Assembly (NCBI GenBank): GCA_963674705.1
Contig: OY771506.1
Span: 672,001-736,000, forward strand
Direction of reading: 5' to 3'
Source: Phycisphaeraceae bacterium
GTDB lineage: Bacteria; Planctomycetota; Phycisphaerae; Phycisphaerales; Phycisphaeraceae
DNA: 64,000 nucleotides
The translations under genes were made by a program, and so were the position numbers. Below are positions 29,908 to 39,237 of this stretch, piece by piece (position 1 is the stretch's first letter; each line of letters opens with the position of its first letter). A model generated the notes under the pieces. The model searched no databases. It saw only the letters and a program-made list of their open reading frames with translations, and was not told the DNA's origin.

Positions 29908-32007
29908 TTAGAGTGATCGGCTGTCACGCTCCTTCGTCACCTTCTTGACAAACTCATCCAACGGCACCGCACCCTGGTCGCCTTCACTGCGGTGGCGCAC
30001 ACTCACCGTGCCGGCCTCCGCGTCCTTGCCGCCGACGACGAGCATGTAAGGCACCTTATCTTCCTGCGCAACCTTGATCTTCGAGTTCAGCCGTTCGTTG
30101 CCGTCATCGATCCCGACACGGAACCCCGCATCCTTGAGCGTGGCTTCAACCTGCTCCGCATAATCAACGAACTTGTCGCTGATCGGCAACACACGCACCT
30201 GCTGCGGGGAAAGCCACAGCGGGAACGCGCCGTTGAAGTGCTCGATCAGCACGCCGATGAAACGCTCCATGCTGCCGAACGGCGCGCGGTGGATCATCAC
30301 CGGCCGGTGCGGCTGATTGTCCGCGCCCGTGTAGCTTAGGTCGAATCGGATCGGCAGTTGGTAATCCACCTGCACCGTACCGAGCTGCCATTCACGGCCG
30401 ATCACATCCTTCACGACAAAGTCGATCTTCGGCCCATAGAACGCGGCCTCGCCCGATTCCTGGCTGAACTCAACGCCTAGGCTCTTCGCCGCCTTGAGAC
30501 ACGCGGCCTCGGCCTTGTCCCACTGCGACGGCTCGCCGACATACTTCTCGCTGTCCGGGTCACGCAGACCAACACGCACGCGGTAATCGCTCATCCCCAG
30601 CGTGTTGAAGACGATCTTCACCAGTTCAAGACAGCCTTGCAGTTCGTCCGCGAGTTGCGTCTCCGTGCAGAACAGGTGTGCATCGTCCTGCGTGAAACCG
30701 CGCACGCGCGTCATCCCGCCAAGCTCCCCTGACTGCTCCCAGCGATACACCGTGCCGAACTCCGCGATGCGGATCGGCAGGTCGCGGTAACTGTGCTTAT
30801 CGCTGTCAAAGATGCGGATGTGGTGCGGGCAGTTCATCGGCTTAAGCAGGTAGCCGTCGATCTCGCCCGCTTCCATCTGGTTCGACAACTGCGCACAGCT
30901 ACACCCTTCATCCGCAAGCTGTTTCACCTGCTCGCGACTGACAAGCGGCGGGTACTGGCTGTCCTGGTAGTACGGGTAGTGACCGCTCGTTTTGTACAGA
31001 TCAAGCTTACCGATGTGCGGCGTGAAGACCTGGTAGTACCCCTGCCGCGTCAGGTGTTCGAGGATGAAGTTCTGCAATTCCTGCCGCACGATCGAGCCGT
31101 TCGGCTTCCAGAGGACAAGCCCCTGCCCGACCTTTTCGTCGATCGTAAAGAGTCCCAGGCGGGGCCCGATCACGCGGTGGTCGCGCTGCCGTGCCTGTTC
31201 GAGGTTTTCCATGTATTCATCAAGATCAGCCTGCGTGAAGAACGCCGTGCCGTAGATGCGCTGGAACCGGTCGGACTCGATGTCGCCGTGCCAGTGCGAG
31301 CTTGCAACGCTCATCACCTTGAACGCACCAATCACACCCGTGCTCGGGACGTGCGGCCCCATGCACAGGTCTTCAAACTGACTCACCTTCGGCGGCTTGG
31401 CCGGCATCGACCAGGGCTTGACGCCATCCGCGCCGCCCGTGATGTACCACGACAACGTCGTCGCGCCGCCTTCACACGCACGCATCGCGTTATCGACCTT
31501 GTACTTGTTGCCCTCGGCCTTGAGCTTCGGGAAGCCCGTATCAACATCCAACTCGTACCGCGTGAACGGCCGATCCTCTTCAATGATTTTTTTCATCTCC
31601 GCTTCGATCTTGCCGAAGTCGTCGCTGCTGATCGAATCGTCGAGCTTGATGTCGTAATAGAATCCGTTATCCAAAGGCGGGCCGTACGCAAGCTGCGTGT
31701 TGGGCCAGAGCCGGCAGATCGCCTCCGCCATCACGTGGGCGCACGAGTGCCGCAGCAGGTACAACGCATCGGCGTCCGGCTTGCCGTCACGCCACTTGCT
31801 CTTGCCCTGCTTGTCCTCACGCGGCTTGGTGATGATCGCGAGCTTGCTGTCCTTCTCGATCGGCCGATTCAGATCAACCAGCTTCCCGTCCACCTTCGCA
31901 CCGATCGCGGCCTTGGCCAAACCCGCACCGATATCCGCCGCCACATCCGCAGCCGAAACTGACCCTTCAAACACCTTCTGACTGCCGTCCGGCAGAGTAA
32001 TTTTCAT
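29908..32007 (-). CDS. thrS: Threonine--tRNA ligase
   Basis: MKITLPDGS TGS domain, RHSCAHVMA, DLCMGPHV, RDHR, LKPMNCPHH, RVRGFTQDDAH, AFYGPKID, HRAPFGSMERF. Confidence 0.98.
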   Translation of the reverse strand: MKITLPDGSQKVFEGSVSAADVAADIGAGLAKAAIGAKVDGKLVDLNRPIEKDSKLAIITKPREDKQGKSKWRDGKPDADALYLLRHSCAHVMAEAICRLWPNTQLAYGPPLDNGFYYDIKLDDSISSDDFGKIEAEMKKIIEEDRPFTRYELDVDTGFPKLKAEGNKYKVDNAMRACEGGATTLSWYITGGADGVKPWSMPAKPPKVSQFEDLCMGPHVPSTGVIGAFKVMSVASSHWHGDIESDRFQRIYGTAFFTQADLDEYMENLEQARQRDHRVIGPRLGLFTIDEKVGQGLVLWKPNGSIVRQELQNFILEHLTRQGYYQVFTPHIGKLDLYKTSGHYPYYQDSQYPPLVSREQVKQLADEGCSCAQLSNQMEAGEIDGYLLKPMNCPHHIRIFDSDKHSYRDLPIRIAEFGTVYRWEQSGELGGMTRVRGFTQDDAHLFCTETQLADELQGCLELVKIVFNTLGMSDYRVRVGLRDPDSEKYVGEPSQWDKAEAACLKAAKSLGVEFSQESGEAAFYGPKIDFVVKDVIGREWQLGTVQVDYQLPIRFDLSYTGADNQPHRPVMIHRAPFGSMERFIGVLIEHFNGAFPLWLSPQQVRVLPISDKFVDYAEQVEATLKDAGFRVGIDDGNERLNSKIKVAQEDKVPYMLVVGGKDAEAGTVSVRHRSEGDQGAVPLDEFVKKVTKERDSRSL

Positions 32008-32047
32008 CGTATTTCCATCCTGACTGAATGCTGACTCATGGATTCTT

Positions 32048-32114
32048 GTAGGTCCGGGCCTGCCCGGACGCCGTCGATATTGTTTGCCATTTGTCCGGGC
32101 GGGCCCGGACCTAC
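32048..32114. repeat. GTAG-type REP doublet (inverted pair)
   Basis: GTAGGTCCGGGCCTGCCCGGAC ... GTCCGGGCGGGCCCGGACCTAC, 1 mismatch in 22. Confidence 0.8.
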
Positions 32115-32158
32115 GCTTGGTTACTAATGGCTAAAGGCTAACAGCTAATGGCTATCTA

Positions 32159-32188
32159 ATAAAAAAGCCGCCCGGTGAGGGACGGCCG
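32159..32188 (-). terminator. Attenuator terminator of the thrS leader
   Basis: Minus strand GCCGTCC-CTCACC-GGGCGGC-TTTTTTATT. Confidence 0.8.
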
Positions 32189-32216
32189 CGTTTTTCTGCA
32201 AGGGTTCTTACCCCAC

Positions 32217-32291
32217 CTAGCAGACCACGGCCCTCCCGCCGGTAGTGGCGGTGGTCGTCGTAGTCGCGGTGGTGGTGCTGATCCGGTTCAT
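32217..32291 (-). CDS. Thr-rich attenuation leader peptide MNRISTTTATTTTTATTGGRAVVC (thrL-like)
   Basis: 24-aa ORF with 10 Thr codons within 12 positions, upstream of thrS and followed by a terminator; N-terminus resembles E. coli ThrL (MKRISTT...). Confidence 0.88.
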   Translation of the reverse strand: MNRISTTTATTTTTATTGGRAVVC

Positions 32292-32300
32292 AGCCTGTAA

Positions 32301-32328
32301 AGGGTACATCGGATATCCGAGCCGTCAA
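32301..32328 (-). promoter_or_regulatory. Candidate sigma70 promoter of the thrS leader (TTGACG-N16-TACCCT)
   Basis: Minus strand ttgacg gctcggatatccgatg taccct, 9 nt before the leader ATG. Confidence 0.45.
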
Positions 32329-32403
32329 GGTGAACCATTTTGCCCGTTGAGATCGGCTCGCACATCTCGGTACGGCCCCATATACCCACCCTCCCGGGAT
32401 TCT

Positions 32404-33108
32404 TCAGCCCTTACACATCCTCCTTTTCTCTACCTCCAGCAGAGCCAACTCCCGGATGTGCATCGGCGCATCTTCCGTCCATCGACCTATCTTCGAATGA
32501 AAGTGATTGATGTGGCTGTCTATCGCATCTTGCGATCGCTCATGAACTTTAATCTCTACCAACGCGGCTTTGAAGTACTGCTCATGAATACACAGCTCCA
32601 ACCATACCTGCTCAGCATCAGTCGGGTCTAGCTCATAAAGCATATACCTGACCAGTTCCTCATCTTCCATCCAGTCCCACATCAGCCAGCCGAGCAAGGT
32701 TTTCATCCAATGCTCGTCGGTATCCGGCGTAGGCACCATCTGGTTGATCCACTGCAGAAACGCCCACGGCTCCATCACCGTGCGCGCAATCCGTATCATC
32801 TGCCCGCCGATCTCACCGTCACCATTCTTGTAATGATGTTGTATGGCCTCGGACGCTTGATTCAGCCAGAGATACCCCGTCTTGTCCAAACGAACGATCG
32901 CTTTGAATGCCTCAACCGCTACGTAATGACCACAATCCCAATCGATCGGGTCGTATAACAGCTCCAATAGCCGCGATATCAGTTTCTTCTCGCGTCCCGT
33001 CCCGGGTTGAATGGCTTGGCAGGTATGCCACCGCTGCACCGGATTGTCATCGCTAAGACCTTCCAGCCAATAGTCCGGATGCAGCAAATCCCGCTTCTTC
33101 TTAGCCAC
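32404..33108 (-). CDS. Hypothetical protein, N-terminal HEAT-like helical repeat
   Basis: GTG after AAGGGGG; LEGLSDDNPVQRW...LLELLYDP pattern. Confidence 0.65.
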   Translation of the reverse strand: MAKKKRDLLHPDYWLEGLSDDNPVQRWHTCQAIQPGTGREKKLISRLLELLYDPIDWDCGHYVAVEAFKAIVRLDKTGYLWLNQASEAIQHHYKNGDGEIGGQMIRIARTVMEPWAFLQWINQMVPTPDTDEHWMKTLLGWLMWDWMEDEELVRYMLYELDPTDAEQVWLELCIHEQYFKAALVEIKVHERSQDAIDSHINHFHSKIGRWTEDAPMHIRELALLEVEKRRMCKG

Positions 33109-33205
33109 GGCGTCCCCCTTTTCCCGAATACAACATACACCACATGTTCTATCCATCACAAGATAGTAAATATGATATCAACGGTGTAAGAAAAAGAAGG
33201 AAGTA

Positions 33206-33242
33206 GGTATCGGATGCCAAGAATTACATGGTATACGACACT
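33206..33242. repeat. REP-like imperfect hairpin (GTGTCGGATACC family)
   Basis: GGTATCGGATGCCA...TGGTATACGACACT; related to 36987-37030. Confidence 0.65.
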
Positions 33243-33254
33243 GTTTCCAAACCC

Positions 33255-33890
33255 TTACTGCTCAGGACTCCAGTCTGTTACGCTGCGCCACTTCGATCCC
33301 TGGCCATCCCGCTCGAACACCGCGCCAACAGGTTGCTTCAGTGGTTCAAGCAAAGAAGGGTCCCTGTCCAATAGCCAACCGACATTCACGATTCTGACGT
33401 TCTGCGCATCATTGGCATATTCATCCGTTTCGTGGCCGGTGAACATACGCCACCCGCTATCCTCTTCCCGGTCCGCAGACTCTCGGTATACAAACCGTAT
33501 GCATTCCCCATCATCAAAACACATGCTCGATACAAGTGCCTTCTGCTGAGCAGAATCAATCCAACGCGGATCGCCCTTCTTGATCACGGTTCGTGCGATG
33601 TGGCAGGGCTTGAACGTCACCTCGTCCCCGGCTTTCAAATCACTGATGTACAGGGGATTACTCTCCAGTTTCCCCCGGTACGGCCGAAGCAGGCCAAGTG
33701 CCCGCGTTACGATAACCCACATCCTCTCCGCCCGCGGCTCATCTTCCGACGGATTGTCCAGAAGAAAATGCAGGCGTACCGAGTCGCCCACAGCTTGGCT
33801 TCGCCTTTCCTGAAGAGGCGGGATAAAGAAAGATTCCGGATGCTCGTCTGCAGCAGCTTCGACATCCTCAAGCTTCAAGAGCTTGGCCAT
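33255..33890 (-). CDS. DUF2185 (Imm33-like) domain protein
   Basis: ERMWVIVT N-domain; YRESADREEDSGWRMFTGHETDEY..DRDPS C-domain. Confidence 0.8.
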   Translation of the reverse strand: MAKLLKLEDVEAAADEHPESFFIPPLQERRSQAVGDSVRLHFLLDNPSEDEPRAERMWVIVTRALGLLRPYRGKLESNPLYISDLKAGDEVTFKPCHIARTVIKKGDPRWIDSAQQKALVSSMCFDDGECIRFVYRESADREEDSGWRMFTGHETDEYANDAQNVRIVNVGWLLDRDPSLLEPLKQPVGAVFERDGQGSKWRSVTDWSPEQ

Positions 33891-33943
33891 GGGTACACCT
33901 CCATTATGGTGTACTTCATAGCGTCGGAAAAGAAATCAAGCAA

Positions 33944-33982
33944 TAAGTAGTGCCGGATACAGGTAGTATCCGGTGTCACTTA
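33944..33982. repeat. REP-like hairpin
   Basis: TAAGTAGTGCCGGATAC-AGGTA-GTATCCGGTGTCACTTA. Confidence 0.6.
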
Positions 33983-34015
33983 CTATCGCTTCGTCACCCC
34001 CAACCACATGTCGTT

Positions 34016-35770
34016 TCAAGCAGCGCGTAGCCGGCGGCATGTCAGCACCAACCCACCAACCCCCAGTAGCACCAGCGCCGCAGGTTCCGGGATGTTGGCT
34101 GTAACACTTGGTGGCGTGCCCGCGTTCCAGTTGTTCAGCACGATGTCCAGATCGTCTAAGCCCACATAACCATCACCCGAGGGATCGCCCTGCAGCCAGT
34201 CGTTGGCGGTTACATTCTGGTTCCAGTGGTTCAGCACGATGTCCAGATCATCCAGGCCGACGAAGCCGTCGCCGTTCAGATCGCCCGCCTGTACGGGGAC
34301 CGTGCTCAGCGATGTCAACCGCAGCGTGTTCCCGTTCACCACATCCAGCGAATACCGCCAGTCCCCGTTCCACGGGTCCAGGCCGAAAACGTACACCGCA
34401 CTGAACGGATTGCCCGTTGATAAGAAGAACGAATCAGACACGATCAGGTCAAAGGTCTGCCCGAGTTCGGGGATGAAACCATCTTCAAACCAGAGCATCA
34501 TCCCGCCATCCAGCGACACGTTACCGCTGACATCGATCGCGGAATAGCTGACGCCGCGCTCCGTTCCGGCGATGTGGAACTCGACAAAACCCTCGTAAAG
34601 CTGCGTGTACTCACCCTGGATCGAGAGCAAGCGGTCCGAGTCGCCGGGGCCGACCAATCCGTGTTCATTGATAACCTCAACCGCATCCACGCTGCCCGTA
34701 CCGCGCAACTGTCCGCCCGCTCCCATGAACACGGTGCCGTCATAGATGGATTCGGTTTCGGCCTCGGTTTCACCGAGGATGACCCTGCCGTCACCGACGA
34801 TCAACTCACCCGAACCCGCGCCACCTACGTATAACTGCTCCGCGCGCAGGACCGAGCCGTAACCAATGAGTTCCACCACACCGAGACCGCCGGCCTCCGT
34901 ACCGATCTCCACGCCGATGCATTGCATCGAGCCGCCGTCTACGATGCTGAGATAACCCTCGCCATATCCGCCGACAACCGACAGGTAGACGCTGTTGCTG
35001 ACGTAGGACGCATCCTCTCCATAAATAAGGACGCTCCCGCTGCCCGACGCAGAATAATTACCGATGAATAACTCGCCGTCAGAGATCACGCTGCTGTACT
35101 CGTAGATCTCCATTTCGCCGTGGCCGTTATCCCCGATGTTGATCGGCGCCGCCTCCGCTTCGAGCACGCCGCCGCCCTGCACATAGATGTAACCCTCCGA
35201 ACCGGCATTTTCCCCGGCAGTGATCCACCCCGAACCATCGATCGTACGAACATCCGCACCGTCAACCGTCAGCACGCCGACACCATAATGACCGACAACA
35301 ATGTTGGTGTCCGAAACAATATTGGCAGAGGCATCAACAATAAGATCGCCTGTCCCACCCCAGAAGCCCAGATCGATCCGATGGGTTTCGATACTGCCGT
35401 TGTAAAGGATCAGCGAACCGAAGTCGCCGCCGTTCTCCCCAACAATCAGGGGATGGAAGCCGTCAGGCGTCAGCGTGTAGGTGTTGCCCGACAGGTCGAA
35501 CTCGACCAGGTCCGTGCGGACGATCATCTGTTTGTTTGTGACCGAGCCGCCGGAGAAGTCGACGACGTAAGAGATCCACGAATCCAGATCAAAGATCGCC
35601 ACATCATCCGTGCCCGGCACCTGAATCGGGTCCCAATTCACATCATCGTTAAACAAACCCCCGCCCTCGCTATCCCAATACACGTCGTCCGCAGACGCCA
35701 CCGAAATGATGCACGCATTAATTAAAAGCGCACAGACCGCACGCCAGACCATTCGATGTTTCAACAACAT
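34016..35770 (-). CDS. PEP-CTERM protein with Gly-rich beta-strand (T5SS/PEP-CTERM-associated) repeats and dockerin-like module
   Basis: Signal peptide; repeated IG..G.G.L.I..GG units; duplicated GDGFVGLDDLD; IPEPAALVLLGVGG; RBS AAGGAG. Confidence 0.88.
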   Translation of the reverse strand: MLLKHRMVWRAVCALLINACIISVASADDVYWDSEGGGLFNDDVNWDPIQVPGTDDVAIFDLDSWISYVVDFSGGSVTNKQMIVRTDLVEFDLSGNTYTLTPDGFHPLIVGENGGDFGSLILYNGSIETHRIDLGFWGGTGDLIVDASANIVSDTNIVVGHYGVGVLTVDGADVRTIDGSGWITAGENAGSEGYIYVQGGGVLEAEAAPINIGDNGHGEMEIYEYSSVISDGELFIGNYSASGSGSVLIYGEDASYVSNSVYLSVVGGYGEGYLSIVDGGSMQCIGVEIGTEAGGLGVVELIGYGSVLRAEQLYVGGAGSGELIVGDGRVILGETEAETESIYDGTVFMGAGGQLRGTGSVDAVEVINEHGLVGPGDSDRLLSIQGEYTQLYEGFVEFHIAGTERGVSYSAIDVSGNVSLDGGMMLWFEDGFIPELGQTFDLIVSDSFFLSTGNPFSAVYVFGLDPWNGDWRYSLDVVNGNTLRLTSLSTVPVQAGDLNGDGFVGLDDLDIVLNHWNQNVTANDWLQGDPSGDGYVGLDDLDIVLNNWNAGTPPSVTANIPEPAALVLLGVGGLVLTCRRLRAA

Positions 35771-36073
35771 GAGCCCCTCCTTCAATACGAGCACGTACGT
35801 TAGATGTGACGATATTGCTTATACCCTTTGCCCGGCTATACAGCCGGATTTCCCCCGCACAAGTTTAGTAAAACACCCCGCGAAACACAAGACAAATGTT
35901 CTTTTTATCGGCGTTTTGGCAGGAAATAACACGGTAACGCCTGTTCAGGCCACGGCTTTCCGCACGCAGCTTATCCAGGTTTACATCAGCCCCGTCCATT
36001 ACCCAGCAATGGAACATTGTGAATACAGGTTGCATTAAAGCCCAGCCATTGCATGGCTGGGTTGCCCTACCTA

Positions 36074-36970
36074 TCACTTCCCCAGACTTCTCATCACCGA
36101 CGCCGCAAGCTTCTCCCCAGCCAAACGATTAAATCGGAACAGCAACTCCGGCTCAAACAACTCAACCTCCATCACCGTCGGCTTATGGTCCGCGCTATAC
36201 AAAACATCCACACGCGCATAATGCAGTTTCCCCGGGCAAACTTTCACAACATCTTCGGCAAATCGCTTCTCTGGTTCGCTGGCGGTATGTGCCACCGCAT
36301 ACCCACCATGATCGTCCTGCACACGGAACTCACCCGCTTTTGCCAGCTTCCTGACCGCGTGCGTGAACCGCCCATCGATCACGATCAACGACAACTCCCC
36401 CTGCTCAACAATCGCCGGCAGGAACGGCTGCACCATCATCGTCTTGGCCGCTATCAACGACTGGAACTTCGGCTCGAACGCTTTGGCGCCCGCTTTGGAT
36501 ACCCTGAACGTATCCACCCCTCCCGCCGACATCGCGGGCTTGATGACTAACTCATCACATGCCAATTCCGAAAACAACCGCCCCAGCTCTGCTTGTGTCG
36601 ACCGTTCAACAAACAACGTAGGAACCGTCATCACCCCCTTCTCCGCCAACTCCAACAGGTAACGCTTCTCCTGGTTCCACTTGATCACCTCATACGGATT
36701 CACCAACGGCAGCTTGTCACGCACATACTCAAGCCATTCATTGAACGGCCCGGGCTTCTCAAGGTAATCCCACGTGCTGCGAAACACCCCGCACCCGATC
36801 TTCGACCAGTCTACGTTTGTATCCGACCAACTGATCCGCTCTGCCTTCACACCATGCCGCTTGAAGTAGTCCAGCATGATGCTCTCTTCATAAATCACCT
36901 GCGCGTTATAAAAACTGTGCGGATCAGGATGCAACAGTGCATCACAAGTTAATACAGCAATGTCCAGCAT
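36074..36970 (-). CDS. ATP-grasp ligase, RimK/glutathione-synthetase-like
   Basis: RSTWDY, WNQEKRYL, VIKPAMSAGG, MVQPFL, FRVQDDHGG, YARVD, MEVELFEPEL. Confidence 0.88.
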   Translation of the reverse strand: MLDIAVLTCDALLHPDPHSFYNAQVIYEESIMLDYFKRHGVKAERISWSDTNVDWSKIGCGVFRSTWDYLEKPGPFNEWLEYVRDKLPLVNPYEVIKWNQEKRYLLELAEKGVMTVPTLFVERSTQAELGRLFSELACDELVIKPAMSAGGVDTFRVSKAGAKAFEPKFQSLIAAKTMMVQPFLPAIVEQGELSLIVIDGRFTHAVRKLAKAGEFRVQDDHGGYAVAHTASEPEKRFAEDVVKVCPGKLHYARVDVLYSADHKPTVMEVELFEPELLFRFNRLAGEKLAASVMRSLGK

Positions 36971-36986
36971 GCTTATCTCAAGAAAA

Positions 36987-37030
36987 AAGTGTCGGATACC
37001 ATTAATGATCGCTAATGGTATACGACACTT
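36987..37030. repeat. REP-like hairpin (GTGTCGGATACC family)
   Basis: AAGTGTCGGATACCATTA...TAATGGTATACGACACTT, one mismatch in 18. Confidence 0.75.
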
Positions 37031-37094
37031 ATAGTAAGGTCATTTTTGTGTAAGCGAATCAGCCGGTGCAAGAACCGTGGGGTCGGGCCATTAT

Positions 37095-37754
37095 TCAGCC
37101 ACGTCGGCGCAGTATCACCCATCCGGCCGCCACCAGGATGCAGGCAGACGCAGGCTCGGGAACGTCCATGTCCGACAAGGGCATCATCGTCTTGAAGACA
37201 TAAACCAGATTGTCCGGATCGCCCGTGAACGGCGAAAGGTCGTACCCGAGCAGCAACGTCGGCAGATCACCCACCGTCGAGACAAACGAACTGTGTGGAG
37301 CGTACTCGATGCCACTGGCGCCGATCATCCGCTCCTCCTCAACACCCATCGCCTCATCCGGCGCGATCCCCATGATGCTCAATGTGTCCGGCGACGCAGG
37401 GTTCGGATCCAGGCCGTAGATCGTCGTGATCTCCGCCATGCCCGTTCTGCTGTCGTCCGACCAGGTCTGGTACGCCAGACCGATCACGTCCTTGGAAGGT
37501 AAAACCACGCCAAAAGAAAAATCGTACTCAATCCAGAACCTCGTCCGGTCTTTGACAATCCGGTTGATCTTCGGATTGTAGTTGTAGGTGTCCTGCGGGA
37601 AGTGGAAGATGATAATGATGCCGTTCTGCGGGTTCGGTGGCGGATCGAGCGTGGCTTTCAGATCCAGGAAAGGCCCGTCGATCACCGAGCCGTGCGCCGC
37701 CGATGCTATCAGAGTCAAACATACCGTAAGTACAAGTAATAAACGTGAAACCAT
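37095..37754 (-). CDS. PEP-CTERM protein, unknown function
   Basis: Signal peptide; VPEPASACILVAAGWVILRRRG. Confidence 0.85.
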   Translation of the reverse strand: MVSRLLLVLTVCLTLIASAAHGSVIDGPFLDLKATLDPPPNPQNGIIIIFHFPQDTYNYNPKINRIVKDRTRFWIEYDFSFGVVLPSKDVIGLAYQTWSDDSRTGMAEITTIYGLDPNPASPDTLSIMGIAPDEAMGVEEERMIGASGIEYAPHSSFVSTVGDLPTLLLGYDLSPFTGDPDNLVYVFKTMMPLSDMDVPEPASACILVAAGWVILRRRG

Positions 37755-38128
37755 GCGCTTTCTCCTCTCTTAGAGATGGGACTGGACGACCACGTAAACC
37801 ACACACCGCGTTCCGCCCGATGCCGCAACGAGTCGTCCGTTTGAATTGGTTGAGTTTTCCAGAGGGCAGAAGTGAAGTCCCGACCCGCCCCGAGTCGGCC
37901 AAGCACGCCTTGGGATGTTCTGTTCACTACGCTCCGACAGACCGCAAGAACCCTAAGACGCTCCTCGGGTATGTCCGCATTTTACCGACACGCCTGCCGA
38001 AAAAAAGACCGACACAAACACAAAAAAGCAAAATAACAACATAAGCTCAACCGAGCGTAAGGTCGGATGATGATGGCCGTGGCAACGATCGGTTTCCCGC
38101 GCCCATATCTGGACAATCCTTTGTCAGA

Positions 38129-39079
38129 TTACTCTTGCACCGCTGATTCCGCCGGCGTGTAGCTAAATCCCGTAATCACCACCTCCGCAGGCTTACCGTC
38201 CGTCGGCGGGTCGGCGACCTTGTCGCGGTTGGCATCAACAAGCCACAGGTTCAGGCGGATCGTCGTAGTGGCGTGCGGCTTGGGGATGAGGATCGGGTCG
38301 GACGTCTTGCCATCCCCATCACCGACCACGCGCGGCGGGTTGTTGCTATCGAACCGCCATTTGCAGATCAGCTTATCCGGGTCCGGCCCATCGCCACCGA
38401 CATACGCGGCACACTCAACGTAGTCCGGCATCCACGTAATGACGTGCGTGCTCGCCTGCCCCTTCAGATCGATCGTCTCAGCGTTGTACCGTTCAGGGTG
38501 CTTGCCATCCGGGCCCCACGCGGGGTGCACCGAGTAGTGCAGGTTCGGCGCATCGGCCTCGCACCAGCGGGTCAGCTCGATATCGATCTCGCTGTTGGCA
38601 TCCGTCTGCCAGGATTCGTTATCCCACGTAAACAACCCCAGCACGATATTCGGATCAAGCTGGTCCGGCCCTCCCCCGCCCCCGGAAGTTTCCCCGGAGG
38701 TTTCCCCGGAAGTTTTGCCCCCAGCCCCGTAAGCTTCTGACGCTCCCGCATCTGTACCTGCCAACCGAAACTCATACGTCCCGTACCCCGCCGGCTGATC
38801 GCAGACCACCTCCGTACTCAGCCATCGCCCGTCCCGTTTGTGGACCGTCAGGTGCAGGTTTCCATCCTCATCCACCCAGACATCGCGCGGATCGGCGGAG
38901 AAGTAGTTGGGTCCGGGGCCCACCAGTTCATCGCTCTGCTTGATCTGCCAGCGCTGGCCGGCAAACGCCAGGCTGTCCCGGCTCGATTCCGCTTCAACTT
39001 CAGCCACCGCACACCCTTCATTTAGCAATAGAACCAGCATTAGCAAGGATATACCAACAATTATCGCTCGGTTATTCAT
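38129..39079 (-). CDS. Secreted GH16-like (ConA-fold) protein
   Basis: EIDIE catalytic-type motif, GPGPNYFS, GYGTYEF, LGLFTWD. Confidence 0.75.
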   Translation of the reverse strand: MNNRAIIVGISLLMLVLLLNEGCAVAEVEAESSRDSLAFAGQRWQIKQSDELVGPGPNYFSADPRDVWVDEDGNLHLTVHKRDGRWLSTEVVCDQPAGYGTYEFRLAGTDAGASEAYGAGGKTSGETSGETSGGGGGPDQLDPNIVLGLFTWDNESWQTDANSEIDIELTRWCEADAPNLHYSVHPAWGPDGKHPERYNAETIDLKGQASTHVITWMPDYVECAAYVGGDGPDPDKLICKWRFDSNNPPRVVGDGDGKTSDPILIPKPHATTTIRLNLWLVDANRDKVADPPTDGKPAEVVITGFSYTPAESAVQE

Positions 39080-39237
39080 AATCAGGCCCTTATTTTCATT
39101 GCGTGAAGAATTAACAGCATACTTCCACCGCCCTCGCCCCGCAAACTCTTTTGTTTGAACTTAAAACGTGTACAATGAGGGGCCGTCCTTGCCATGTGCG
39201 CATCGGCGCGGCTTTCACATAGGCGAAGGATTGAACA

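Noticed and set aside
30793..31962. 389-aa plus-strand ORF (and similar antisense ORFs such as 5671..6396, 14990..15850, 54701..55516)
   Set aside because: Antisense shadows of well-supported genes, expected in high-GC DNA; no recognisable motifs
32245..32631. Plus-strand ORF starting MAVVVVVAVVVL (signal-peptide-like)
   Set aside because: The Val run is simply the reverse complement of the Thr codons of the leader peptide
37760..38120. Possible riboswitch/ncRNA in the long leader of a PEP-CTERM gene
   Set aside because: No recognisable c-di-GMP, cobalamin, TPP or SAM consensus by eye; needs an Rfam/Infernal scan
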